Positions 38,609 to 48,397 are shown, counted from the stretch's first letter. The stretch is 64,000 nucleotides of DNA from Candidatus Jorgensenbacteria bacterium (GCA_011050075.1 DRGK01000017.1:39838-103837); one strand, 5' to 3'. Notes: generated from the letters alone by a model not told the origin. Made by a program: numbers and translations.

Positions 38609-40149
38609 AATGGTACGCGTTTACGGCAGTTTGTTTCGCAGTAATCGGACTCATGATAACGGTGGGCATTACAAATGCTGGAACAGCTTCCGTAACGGTA
38701 ACGGTAACGCTTGCCGAGTGCTCTGACAGTATTGACAACGACGGTGATTTTTTAACCGACTATCCCAATGACACGGAGTGCGATTCGGGTACCGATAACA
38801 GTGAAAACATTGCCGGCACCGAGACGCATGCAACATCTACTATTGAAACAAGCGGGGGCAGTTTTTCTTTTGATAATGCTGATAGTTTAGCCGTTGATTT
38901 TACGTTTCAGAACGGGTTTCATGGTAGTTCAGTACGGTTATTCGTGAACTCGTATGCAACTAGCTCTTTTGAATCGAGCAAGCCAGCACCTTCTGGGAAG
39001 AGCTTCGTTGGTAAAACATACGACATCATTCTGTACGAGAACGCATCACCGAATAATTCTATTGCAACAACTTCCAAAGCTATTACCATCGTGATGCAAT
39101 ATTTGGATAGTGATGTAAGCAGTATCGATGAAAGCAACGTTCTGCCGTATCGTTGGAGTACAAGCACATCGGCGTGGGCGATAATATCTGGCAGCTCACT
39201 TGATACATCAAACAATAAAGTAACTTTTTCTACCACCGATTTCAGTTCATTTAGCTTGCTCGGCACAAACCTTTCTGAATTCCAATGCAGTGACGGTATT
39301 GACAATGATGGGGATGGTAAGATTGACTATCCATCCGACCCTGGGTGTTCATCAACAACCGATGATAATGAAACAGACCCGCAGCAGGCACCAGGTGGCG
39401 GTGGAGGCGGCGGTGCTACGATAACAGCACCGCCTCAGGTTACATTCAGCGGGTTAGCATATCCCGGCAGTAAAGTAACAATACTGAAAGATGCTCAAGT
39501 AGCTGCGGTAACTATAGCCGGTCCCGATGCGAAATTTAAAGCGGGCCTGTCCAAACTCTCAACCGGAAACTACAATTTCGGCATTTGGGCTGCTGATACA
39601 TCCGGTCGAAGATCGGTTACACATACATTTGCACTGAGCGTTAAGCCCGGCTCTTCTGTTACGGTAAGCGGCATTTTCCTGCCTCCTACCATATCAATAG
39701 ACAAAAGTGAGGTAAGGAAAGGTGATGTATTGGGTATTGCGGGGCAGAGCGCTCCTGAGGCTAACGTTTCTCTTATTGTTCATTCACATTCTATTGTGAA
39801 GAAGGTGACCGTTGATAAGAGCGGGGCGTGGTTTTATAAACTGGACACCACCGAGCTTGAGTATGGTAAGCACTCCACACAGGCGAAGTCAGAAACGGAA
39901 AACGATATCAGTTCACTCTCGCAACTACTGCTTTTCAAAGTTGGTACAAAAAGCAAGAAAGCCATTCCCTTAGCAGTAGTAGAACTTAAGGGTGACGTGA
40001 ACAGCGATGAGAAAGTTAATTTGGTTGATTTCAGTATCGCAGCGTATTGGTATAAAAGACCGTCCCCCCCATCCGCCGTTGATTTAAACAACGATGGGAA
40101 AGTTGATTTAGTGGACTTCAGTATTATGGCATACTGGTGGACGGGATAG
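38605..40149 (+). CDS. Secreted multidomain protein with C-terminal dockerin-like domain
   Basis: Two CSD.IDNDGD..DYP.D..C repeats, Gly linker, Ig-like domains, duplicated Ca loops DVNSDEKVNLVDFSI and DLNNDGKVDLVDFSI. Confidence 0.8.
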   Translation: MKWYAFTAVCFAVIGLMITVGITNAGTASVTVTVTLAECSDSIDNDGDFLTDYPNDTECDSGTDNSENIAGTETHATSTIETSGGSFSFDNADSLAVDFTFQNGFHGSSVRLFVNSYATSSFESSKPAPSGKSFVGKTYDIILYENASPNNSIATTSKAITIVMQYLDSDVSSIDESNVLPYRWSTSTSAWAIISGSSLDTSNNKVTFSTTDFSSFSLLGTNLSEFQCSDGIDNDGDGKIDYPSDPGCSSTTDDNETDPQQAPGGGGGGGATITAPPQVTFSGLAYPGSKVTILKDAQVAAVTIAGPDAKFKAGLSKLSTGNYNFGIWAADTSGRRSVTHTFALSVKPGSSVTVSGIFLPPTISIDKSEVRKGDVLGIAGQSAPEANVSLIVHSHSIVKKVTVDKSGAWFYKLDTTELEYGKHSTQAKSETENDISSLSQLLLFKVGTKSKKAIPLAVVELKGDVNSDEKVNLVDFSIAAYWYKRPSPPSAVDLNNDGKVDLVDFSIMAYWWTG

Positions 40150-40168
40150 TGAAAACTAAACTGCAATT

Positions 40169-41068
40169 ATGAAACAATTCTTGATCAGTATTTGTCTCTT
40201 ATTCTTCGCATTCGGCATAAGTATGGTGAGTGCCGTTGAGCTATCTTTTGATTCTCCCGTATATAAAATAGGACTGGGGAAATTTATTGCTATTGATGTC
40301 TTAGTAGATTTCCAAGGTGAGGCAATCAATACATTAGAAGGAAGAATACACGTTCCCGAATCTTTTGATATTGTAAACACAAACACTGCGGGATCGGTGA
40401 TAAATCTCTGGATTCAGGAACCGAAAATAGAAGTTAATAGTGTCTATTTCTCCGGCATCATACCGGGTGGATTTGGTAGTCAGCTTAGTGACGGTACGGG
40501 CATCGGTAACGAGTTGGAGATATTAACTATTACATTAGAAGCCAAGAGAGAAGATGCAAACAGCATTACGGCAGGGGACACCAAAGCACTTTTGAACGAT
40601 GGATTTGGAACGGAAACCGATATAGCTACAAAGCCATGGTTTTATGAAATTTCTGAAAGCTATACCGGGGGAGGCGTTGAAGCAGTAATAGATAGCGAGC
40701 CGCCCGGGAATTTTAAGCCGGAAGTTACCAGAAGTGAAACCGTGTTTTCAGGGCAATACTTTGTAGTTTTCAGTACACAAGATAAAGAATCGGGAATGAA
40801 ACGCTATGAGGTTGCAGAACAGCGCGGAAGAAAAACTGAGAACTACTCAGTTTTGGACTGGAAAATTACAAAAAGCCCCTATATTTTGGAAGACCAGACA
40901 TTAAGGAGCTACATCTACGTAAAAGCAATTGACAATACGGGGAATGAGATAATTGCAGTAGTTCCGCCGCATAACCTATTAGTACGGTATTGGTATGTAC
41001 TCATTTTGTTTATAATAATAGTAGGAATTAGTTTCGCTTATACTAAAACAAAGCGAAAGAATTCATGA
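40169..41068 (+). CDS. Cohesin-like domain protein with C-terminal TM
   Basis: Signal peptide, INTLEG, SVINLWIQEP, GIIPGGF, LLNDGFGT; C-terminal TM. Confidence 0.72.
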   Translation: MKQFLISICLLFFAFGISMVSAVELSFDSPVYKIGLGKFIAIDVLVDFQGEAINTLEGRIHVPESFDIVNTNTAGSVINLWIQEPKIEVNSVYFSGIIPGGFGSQLSDGTGIGNELEILTITLEAKREDANSITAGDTKALLNDGFGTETDIATKPWFYEISESYTGGGVEAVIDSEPPGNFKPEVTRSETVFSGQYFVVFSTQDKESGMKRYEVAEQRGRKTENYSVLDWKITKSPYILEDQTLRSYIYVKAIDNTGNEIIAVVPPHNLLVRYWYVLILFIIIVGISFAYTKTKRKNS

Positions 41069-42147
41069 AGAAAAAGACATTACTCTTAAGTACGATACTG
41101 ATTTTATTTGGCGTGGTTACAACTGCCCACGGGGCTAACTTGTATTTCTCTCCATCGGGAGGAAGTTTCTATAAAGGCGAGAATTTTACCATTGGTGTTT
41201 TCGTAAATACAGACAGGGCCACTAATGCCATCTCCGGCGTCTTAACGTTTCCCACTAGATACGTTGAGGCGGTGAGCGTGCGCAAGAGTAATTCCATAGT
41301 CAATCTTTGGGTTCAGGAACCCTCATTTTCCAATATAGGTGATTTCGGCAATATCAGGTTTGAAGGTGTTATTCTCAACCCAGGCTTTACTGGCACCAGA
41401 GGAAAAATACTTGATGTTGTTTTTCGAGTAAAGAACAATGGTTTTATGAATTTGGAATTCGTTGAGGTCGCTATTCTAGCTAACGATGGGTTAGGAACAA
41501 ATATAGCAGTTCCGGACGGTGAAGCTAGCTTTGTACTAAAATCAAAACCGGTATACTCACCGGAGTCTGTAGAAATAACTGGAGGAAAACAAGAATTATC
41601 TGCAACCTCAACGCCACCGATTATAATAGTCAGGGAAGTAAGACCAGAACCACCATCAGGTATACTTGGATTATGGGAAGTTTTACCGACCTGGATAAAA
41701 ACCATCACTTTGGCTCTTGTTGGTCTGGCAACAATTCTACTCGGACTTGTTATTATCAGTCTCGGTATAATTGTTTTGATTTGGCTTTGGAGTTATATAT
41801 GGCGTAGGAGGAATATAATTGAGGGTTGGCTTGTATCATTTCCGAGAGCTGTAAATCATTTTACACGCAGAGTCCTTGTGTTTATACGCGGAGCAGAAAA
41901 GGAAATAAAAGGAGATTTGAAATATAGCATTCCACGAGTGAAAGACATAGTTAAGGAAGCAGGGCGCGAGCCACCGTTAAAGCAGTTAGTGAAAGATTAC
42001 TTTAGCTCAATACGTAAAATCATAAAACGCTTTTTCACGAAAAATGAATCGTGGCAAGAGAGTGTACTAGATGACATATCAAATTCTAAAACACCTGATC
42101 CTAAAAGGTCTGAAGATATAATACAGGAAGAGGAAGAACAGCTATGA
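41065..42147 (+). CDS. Cohesin-like domain protein with TM and cytoplasmic helical domain
   Basis: LYFSPS, NAISG.LTFP, SIVNLWVQEP, GVILNPGF, LANDGLGTN. Confidence 0.72.
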   Translation: MKKKTLLLSTILILFGVVTTAHGANLYFSPSGGSFYKGENFTIGVFVNTDRATNAISGVLTFPTRYVEAVSVRKSNSIVNLWVQEPSFSNIGDFGNIRFEGVILNPGFTGTRGKILDVVFRVKNNGFMNLEFVEVAILANDGLGTNIAVPDGEASFVLKSKPVYSPESVEITGGKQELSATSTPPIIIVREVRPEPPSGILGLWEVLPTWIKTITLALVGLATILLGLVIISLGIIVLIWLWSYIWRRRNIIEGWLVSFPRAVNHFTRRVLVFIRGAEKEIKGDLKYSIPRVKDIVKEAGREPPLKQLVKDYFSSIRKIIKRFFTKNESWQESVLDDISNSKTPDPKRSEDIIQEEEEQL

Positions 42148-42461
42148 TAAAGGCGATATTTTTCTTTATTGTGGGAGTGGCAGCAGTAATTGTGTTACTG
42201 CTCGGTGTTGGTTTAGTGGTAGTTGTCTTGGTCTGGTTTTGGAACTACGGACGATACGAAGGTGGAAAACTTCTTAGGAAAGTCCTTGTCTCCGCAAGGG
42301 CAACGGAGGAAGAAATCGAGAGTGATGTGCAGTATAGCGTCCGGAGAGTAAAGAAAACCCTTGAAAAAACCAAGAAGAATCTATCATTGAAAGAAATGGT
42401 GAATGCTTACTGGAAATCGGTTGAAAAAATTGTAGAGCGCTTTCTTACGAAAAACAAGTAA
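42144..42461 (+). CDS. Small membrane protein paralogous to the C-terminus of 41065-42147
   Basis: Shared LxWxWxY, E.EI..D..YS..RVK, K..V..Y..S..KI..RF.TKN. Confidence 0.75.
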   Translation: MIKAIFFFIVGVAAVIVLLLGVGLVVVVLVWFWNYGRYEGGKLLRKVLVSARATEEEIESDVQYSVRRVKKTLEKTKKNLSLKEMVNAYWKSVEKIVERFLTKNK

Positions 42462-42496
42462 CGGGGTGTCTAAAAAGATTAATGACATACGTGTCG

Positions 42497-43603
42497 TTAA
42501 TCTTTTAGGCTTTCAATAATAGCAACTTCTAGGGGGATAATAGGGAACTGGCTATAGCGCATCTGACTATACGCAGTAATGAGCGCTCTTAAGAGTTCAA
42601 GGTGTTTTTCTGTAAAAAGCTTTGCGTGATCACTAAGCTTTTTTAAGTGTTCGTTTATAAGTTCTTTTTCAAATTCTTTCTTCATGCTCGGACTAAAAGA
42701 AAGCACTGCGGTACGTCGGAGGTATTGAATAACATCCTTAGTAAACTGAACAAGGTTGTATCCCTTGTCATTAACTTCAGCTATATGCTTGAGTGCTTTA
42801 TCAATATCGCTAGTTAATAAATATCCGGAAAACTCAGAAAGAGCACTGAATCCAATTTTACCAACCATTTCTTCTACTTCATCAATAGTAATATCTTTAT
42901 CGCCCCCCGCGGTGAGCTGGTCTAAGAGCGACTCTGCATCACGAAAACTTCCCTCTGCTGCTGCTGCAATGAGCTCCAACGCTTCACTTGAGATTTTCAT
43001 TTTCTCCTTCTTGACGATTGATCTGAGTTTGATAATCAACTGCTGCAGCGATACACGTTTAAACTGAAACTGTTGGGTACGAGAGAGGATCGTGACAGGT
43101 ATCTTTTCGATTTCTGTGGTGGCGAGAATGAGAATAATATACTTCGGCGGCTCCTCCAGTGTTTTTAAAAGCGCATTGAAGGCATCCTTGGTCATCATGT
43201 GTACTTCATCAATAATGAATACCTTATAGCGCGTGTTAGACGGTGAAACACGGATGTTTTCCTTCAAACTGCGTATTTCATCAATACCACGATTCGATGC
43301 AGCATCAATTTCAATAACATTCAGATTACGCCCATCACTAATTTCCTGACATACCGAGCATTTGTTACACGGCTCTCCTTTCTTACTGAACACAGCATCT
43401 TTCTGTCGGGTAAGACAGTTTGCCACCTTTGCAATGAGCCGTGCGGTTGTTGTCTTTCCAGTTCCGCGCGGACCGGAGAAAAGATATGCATGTGCAATCT
43501 TGTCTTGTCGTACCGCTTCTTGAAGAATGCGGACAATGAGGTCTTGTCCGAGTATGTCGCTAAATGTTGACGGACGATATTTACGATATAGTGCAAGTGC
43601 CAT
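42497..43603 (-). CDS. dnaX: DNA polymerase III clamp-loader subunit (gamma length, 368 aa)
   Basis: ALYRKYRP, GPRGTGKTT, EIDAASNRG, DEVHM, NALLKTLEEPP. Confidence 0.93.
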   Translation of the reverse strand: MALALYRKYRPSTFSDILGQDLIVRILQEAVRQDKIAHAYLFSGPRGTGKTTTARLIAKVANCLTRQKDAVFSKKGEPCNKCSVCQEISDGRNLNVIEIDAASNRGIDEIRSLKENIRVSPSNTRYKVFIIDEVHMMTKDAFNALLKTLEEPPKYIILILATTEIEKIPVTILSRTQQFQFKRVSLQQLIIKLRSIVKKEKMKISSEALELIAAAAEGSFRDAESLLDQLTAGGDKDITIDEVEEMVGKIGFSALSEFSGYLLTSDIDKALKHIAEVNDKGYNLVQFTKDVIQYLRRTAVLSFSPSMKKEFEKELINEHLKKLSDHAKLFTEKHLELLRALITAYSQMRYSQFPIIPLEVAIIESLKD

Positions 43604-43653
43604 ATAAGATATAGTTATGCTTCTTCTTTATTATTACTCTAAAACTTCGTATT

Positions 43654-44154
43654 ATGAAAGTGTATGAAAATATTCTGGATAACACAGAAACATCTATGGG
43701 TCAATTAGAACTCAAAACAGCAGTATTTAAGGAGGGGGAGTATATCCCAGAAAGATTTACCTGCGACGGAGATGATATAAACCCGCTCATTGAGATTCGC
43801 GGTGCGCCGGAAGGAACAAAGAGTTTAGCGCTCGTTGTAGATGATCCCGATGCGTCATCGGGCGGTGTTTGGGATCACTGGGTACTATGGAACATTGATC
43901 AGAAAACTCAATACATTCATGAAGATGCTATACCTGCGGGTGCTGTAGTAGGTACAACAAGCTGGGATAAGAATGTGTATGGCGGTCCATGTCCACCGAA
44001 AGGGGACAAAGCTCACCGATACCGGTTTAAACTTTATGCACTTGATACTCTGCTTAACCTACCCGAAACAGCACATAAGTCGGAATTGGAACAAGCAATG
44101 GAAGGACATATTATAGAACAAACCGTGCTGACTGGATTATATGGAAGAAAGTAG
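43654..44154 (+). CDS. YbhB/YbcL (PEBP) family protein
   Basis: TCDG.DINP, DDPDA, HWVLWNI, YGGPCPP, HRY.F.LYALD; true start may be 43696. Confidence 0.9.
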   Translation: MKVYENILDNTETSMGQLELKTAVFKEGEYIPERFTCDGDDINPLIEIRGAPEGTKSLALVVDDPDASSGGVWDHWVLWNIDQKTQYIHEDAIPAGAVVGTTSWDKNVYGGPCPPKGDKAHRYRFKLYALDTLLNLPETAHKSELEQAMEGHIIEQTVLTGLYGRK

Positions 44155-44170
44155 TTCTTTACGTTAGCAT

Positions 44171-44503
44171 ATGATAAATCTTCCGCAGAATGATAAGCGG
44201 TATTCTTGGACATTTCACGCAAAGGAAAAGATGGAGTACTATGGTATTTCTCCAAGTCGAGTTCGGCGTATCGTACGCAAACCGACACGCGTTGAGGAGG
44301 GTATTGCATTGAATACCGTTGCAGCTATGCAGCCGGCCGGCACGAAGCGACACCAAGAGATCTGGGTAATGTACCGTACCGGAAGAGATAAAGATAATGC
44401 GAAGAAGATTCGCATTATTACCGCCTGGCGATATCCGGGTGAAAGTCCTGAACGTAACCCAGTACCGCTTGATATATTAGAAGATATAAAGAGCTTACTT
44501 TAA
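44171..44503 (+). CDS. Conserved hypothetical protein, DUF4258-like
   Basis: WT.HA.EKM..YGIS...IITAWRYP pattern. Confidence 0.6.
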   Translation: MINLPQNDKRYSWTFHAKEKMEYYGISPSRVRRIVRKPTRVEEGIALNTVAAMQPAGTKRHQEIWVMYRTGRDKDNAKKIRIITAWRYPGESPERNPVPLDILEDIKSLL

Positions 44504-44507
44504 CTTA

Positions 44508-45524
44508 ATGAAAAAACTTTCTATTGGTATCGTTGGATTACCCAACGTGGGGAAATCCACGTTATTTAATATTCTCACCGGACAGTCGGTAACATCCGCG
44601 AACTACCCATTTGCCACGATTGACCCAAATGTTGGTATGGTACGCGTACCCGATGAACGCCTGGATAAGCTCGCAGAACTTTCAGATTCAAAGGAAAAGA
44701 TTCCCGCCGTTGTGGAATTTTATGACATTGCCGGACTCGTTAAAGGTGCACATAAGGGGGAGGGTCTGGGAAATAAATTTTTGAGCCATATCAAAAACAC
44801 ACACGCTATATTACACCTCGTCCGTGTTTTTGAGGGCAGGAACATTGTACACGTGGAGGGAGCAGCAGATCCCATGCGCGATATTCAGACTATTGAAGAT
44901 GAGTTGATTCTCACCGACCTGTTCACCATAGAGAACCATATTGAACGAGTGCGCGGAAAAACAAGAACGGGAGATAGAGAAGCAAAAAAAGAACTGGAGA
45001 CGTTAGAGAAGGTGAAGCAGGTACTGGAAAGTGGTACACCTCTTGCCGCAAGCGATATGTATACAGAGAATGATGTGCAACGTGCTGTACGGCATATACA
45101 TCTGCTCACCGCAAAACATCAGCTGTTCCTACTAAACGGTGAGGCGTCAGAGATATCCGACGAACTTAAACAGAAAATAACCAGTATGGGATTTGATTAC
45201 GTTGTCGCTGATCTTGCAGAACAGAACACGATACCAAACCTCATAACGAAAGCGTACGAAGTGCTAAACCTCATAAGCTTTTTTACAACAGGCGAAAAAG
45301 AAACGCGTGCATGGACAACAATGCGTGGCGTAAAAGCACCGGAAGCTGCCGGTGTTATTCACTCTGATTTTGAAGAGAAATTTATTCGACTGGAAACCAT
45401 TAATTGGGAAAAATTAATAGAGGCCGGTGGCTGGAATAAGGCACGTGACAAAGGCCTTATTCGTGTGGAAGGAAAAGAATATATTGTCAAAGACGGCGAT
45501 GTAGTTGTCGTACGGCACGGTTAA
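44508..45524 (+). CDS. ychF: Ribosome-binding ATPase YchF
   Basis: GIVGLPNVGKST, NYPFATIDPN, DIAGLVKGA, GLGNKFL, TGS domain ending YIVKDGD. Confidence 0.95.
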   Translation: MKKLSIGIVGLPNVGKSTLFNILTGQSVTSANYPFATIDPNVGMVRVPDERLDKLAELSDSKEKIPAVVEFYDIAGLVKGAHKGEGLGNKFLSHIKNTHAILHLVRVFEGRNIVHVEGAADPMRDIQTIEDELILTDLFTIENHIERVRGKTRTGDREAKKELETLEKVKQVLESGTPLAASDMYTENDVQRAVRHIHLLTAKHQLFLLNGEASEISDELKQKITSMGFDYVVADLAEQNTIPNLITKAYEVLNLISFFTTGEKETRAWTTMRGVKAPEAAGVIHSDFEEKFIRLETINWEKLIEAGGWNKARDKGLIRVEGKEYIVKDGDVVVVRHG

Positions 45525-45564
45525 TTCATTGATAAAGCTGTATGAAGCTTTATACTGAGCGTAT

Positions 45565-46128
45565 ATGAACACAACCACAATAGTAATAATAGTTGCGGCA
45601 GTTATCTTGGCTTGGATTATCCTTGCGTATAATGGTTTCATACGGCGTAAAAACAGGACCGATGAGGCATGGTCAGATATTGATGTACAGTTGAAAAGAC
45701 GATATAACCTTATTCCTAATATAATTGAAGCCGTAAAAGGATACGCTAAACACGAAAAGAGTGTATTGGAGGAGGTAACAAAAGCAAGAACAGAAGCAAT
45801 GAATGCAGAAGGCACCGGAAATGTTGGTGAAGTTGGGAAAACAGAAAACATGCTCTCCGGAGCCCTCAAAACATTATTTGCGGTAGCAGAAAACTATCCT
45901 GACCTGAAAGCGAACGCGAACTTCTTGGACCTACAGAGAGAACTTGCTGATACAGAAAATAAAATACAGGCAGCGAGACGTTTCTACAACACAAATGTGA
46001 GAGATCTTAATACGCTCATTGAGTCATTCCCGTACAACATTATCGCAAACCTGTTTCATTTCAGTAAAAGAGATTTCTTTGAACTCGAAAACGAAAAACA
46101 GAGAGAAGTAGTAAAGGTTAGTTTTTAA
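45565..46128 (+). CDS. lemA: LemA family protein
   Basis: AWSDIDVQLKRR.NLIPN, AENYPDLKAN, ENKI.AARR.YN. Confidence 0.93.
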   Translation: MNTTTIVIIVAAVILAWIILAYNGFIRRKNRTDEAWSDIDVQLKRRYNLIPNIIEAVKGYAKHEKSVLEEVTKARTEAMNAEGTGNVGEVGKTENMLSGALKTLFAVAENYPDLKANANFLDLQRELADTENKIQAARRFYNTNVRDLNTLIESFPYNIIANLFHFSKRDFFELENEKQREVVKVSF

Positions 46129-46136
46129 CTAACAAC

Positions 46137-47033
46137 GTGGCTACGCTCTATACACATAAGGATTCAAATATCCGCAAGACTTGGTTTCTGTTCACTGTTT
46201 TTCTTATAGTTGTGGTTGGTATTGGTTTTGGATTCTCTTATTTTTATAGCAGTCCGGTCATACTATATATTGCCATCGCGTTCAGTCTTGTAATGAATAT
46301 TGCGGCGTACTGGCATTCCGATAAATTAGTCCTCAAGATGACAAAAGCAGTTCCGGTAGAAAAAAAGAATTATCGGGAACTTTATAATATTGTTGAAAAC
46401 TTATCTATAATCGCTGGTCTGCCAATTCCAAAGATTTACATCATAAAAGAATCACAGTTAAATGCCTTTGCAACCGGTCGTAATCCCGAACATGCAGTAG
46501 TTGCAGTAACCGAAGGGTTACTTGAACGGCTTGACCGCTCTGAGCTTGAGGGTGTGCTTGCACACGAACTATCACATATAGGCAACCGCGATATGCTTAT
46601 TTCAACGGCTGCAGTGGTGCTGGTTGGATTCATATCAATACTTGCGGATATATTAATGCGTTCATTTTTTTGGAGAACATTTGCCGGAGGAGGTAACAGG
46701 CGTGGGGGTTCAGGAGGTATGATGATCGCCGGAATCGTACTTGCCATACTCGCACCGCTCGGCGCAGTCATGATACAGCTTGCGATTTCAAGAAAGCGGG
46801 AGTATCTTGCTGATGCAAGCGGAGCACTCCTTACTCGCTATCCCGACGGACTTGCAAGCGCATTGAAAAAGATTTCTGCCGATAAGACACCAATGCGGGT
46901 TGCGAATAATACAACCGCACACCTCTGGATTTCTAGTCCATTTAAAGGTACAAAGATAAAAGCACTTTTTCAGACACACCCGCCCGTACAGGAACGTATT
47001 AGGCGACTCAACTCATTAGGAGAAACAGTATGA
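46137..47033 (+). CDS. htpX: Zinc metalloprotease HtpX (M48)
   Basis: NAFATGRNP, HELSH, SRKREYLAD, THPP; GTG start. Confidence 0.93.
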   Translation: MATLYTHKDSNIRKTWFLFTVFLIVVVGIGFGFSYFYSSPVILYIAIAFSLVMNIAAYWHSDKLVLKMTKAVPVEKKNYRELYNIVENLSIIAGLPIPKIYIIKESQLNAFATGRNPEHAVVAVTEGLLERLDRSELEGVLAHELSHIGNRDMLISTAAVVLVGFISILADILMRSFFWRTFAGGGNRRGGSGGMMIAGIVLAILAPLGAVMIQLAISRKREYLADASGALLTRYPDGLASALKKISADKTPMRVANNTTAHLWISSPFKGTKIKALFQTHPPVQERIRRLNSLGETV

Positions 47034-47350
47034 GTATAGAACAACCAATACAGGAACCGTCACCAATGGATGCTTTCCGTCAAGAACTTGAAGAATTTCG
47101 TTCAGCAGAGCAAAAAGAAGGAACCGCAAAACATCTTTCAATGTCGAAAGACAGGGAGCCCGTTGATTTCAATCTGCTCACTGAGGAAGATATGGGCATC
47201 TGGGAAAGATGTAAAGCAGGTGAACTGACGCGCAATGATATCGAAATGTATAAAGATAGTATTCCGGAGGAAGAGGTTGATCGAAAAGAATTTGCGGCTT
47301 TTGTGGTCCACAAATGGATGGAGCAGATGTATAAGGAGGGTAAACTATAG
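47030..47350 (+). CDS. Acidic hypothetical protein
   Basis: ATGA overlap with htpX; its stop codon shares one base with tRNA-Ser. Confidence 0.65.
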   Translation: MSIEQPIQEPSPMDAFRQELEEFRSAEQKEGTAKHLSMSKDREPVDFNLLTEEDMGIWERCKAGELTRNDIEMYKDSIPEEEVDRKEFAAFVVHKWMEQMYKEGKL

Positions 47351-47434
47351 GAAGGGTGCCAGAGTGGTCCAATGGAACAGCTTGGAAAGCTGTGGCTCGA
47401 AAGGGTCTCGTGGGTTCGAATCCCACCCCTTCCG
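47350..47434 (+). tRNA. tRNA-Ser(GGA)
   Basis: Acceptor GGAAGGG/CCCTTCC, anticodon arm ACAGC-TTGGAAA-GCTGT, long variable arm. Confidence 0.95.
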
Positions 47435-47630
47435 CAGACTGCTTTCCGCCACATTATTTTATAGTGTGTTGGAAAGTGATCTATGGGGTGGAGTTCGAAC
47501 CAGTGAGAATCTTCCCTATTTGTCTAAGAGCGAAGCGATTAGTTACAAACAGCAATGCCGCTCGTAGCGGTCCCACCCCTTCCGCAAATCGCTTTCCGTC
47601 GCACCATTTTATGGTGTACTGGAAAAAGTT
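47421..47630 (+). repeat. Direct repeat (150-bp period) of the tRNA-Ser 3' end plus hairpin
   Basis: TCCCACCCCTTCCGCA at 47421 and 47571, each followed by a related GCTTTCCG...GGAAA hairpin. Confidence 0.8.
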
Positions 47631-47713
47631 TCTGTTTTCATTTGACCTTTATTAGTGCTTGTGTTAATTTACTCACAGAAACCTGACAACTAAATATAGA
47701 AAGGTGGTTTCGT

Positions 47714-48343
47714 ATGAGAGGTACATTGTTCTTTGAGATTCCTGATGATCAGGAGATTATAGTGAAGCTCGTTGAAGCCGTGCCCCCGAACTGGTCATGG
47801 GTGGACGGCAGTCTCCATGCTCCCGAGATGCTCATTGCCTCTGGGCAAGTCGAAGAGCATACTGGATTCGCAGTAAGGCGTTCCCACGGAAATAACCCAA
47901 CCATCGTCGGAAGCTACAACCAAGACGAGCGTAAGCAAAGAAACCCCGATCTCTTCGCAATCATGGTGGATCAGAAGTTACCCGGTTTTATCTTCTTTGA
48001 TGAGGCAGGGTACAGGACTCCTATCATCAGCACTGAACTCGCCAAGCGCATCACTGTCGGTTTCCTTCAAAAAGGCTACCGTGGTGGCCTCCGATTTTTC
48101 AAGGACTGCTACGGCAACTGTAAATTCGACAATCCTGCACGGTGCGACATAGCCTCCAAACCGTGGCATGGAGGCCCGGCGTCTTATGAAGAAGGAGGAC
48201 CACAACCCGCCCGGATAAAGATAGAATGGGAAGGTAAATATGGCGGTGAGGAAGAGGACATCGCGCCCATCGTCACTGTGTGTCGCTCCCTTAATCTGCG
48301 CGAGTATACACTTGCGGAACCAGTAGAAGCTGCAGCTTCCTAA
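47714..48343 (+). CDS. Hypothetical protein
   Basis: 209-aa ORF with SD-like AAAGGTGG and a downstream terminator; family not recognised. Confidence 0.7.
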   Translation: MRGTLFFEIPDDQEIIVKLVEAVPPNWSWVDGSLHAPEMLIASGQVEEHTGFAVRRSHGNNPTIVGSYNQDERKQRNPDLFAIMVDQKLPGFIFFDEAGYRTPIISTELAKRITVGFLQKGYRGGLRFFKDCYGNCKFDNPARCDIASKPWHGGPASYEEGGPQPARIKIEWEGKYGGEEEDIAPIVTVCRSLNLREYTLAEPVEAAAS

Positions 48344-48363
48344 AATCGTATGAGATGTTTAAT

Positions 48364-48397
48364 GGCGCCAACATAATAGTTGGCGCCCTTTCTTTTT
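48364..48397 (+). terminator. Intrinsic terminator
   Basis: GGCGCCAAC-N6-GTTGGCGCC followed by a T-rich tract. Confidence 0.8.

Noticed and set aside
42462-42520. Programmed frameshift giving a longer DnaX tau
   Set aside because: No room: a convergent gene ends at 42461.
47080-47655. ORFs overlapping tRNA-Ser; likewise 53992-54261 over the two tRNA-Thr genes
   Set aside because: They are translations of tRNA sequence.
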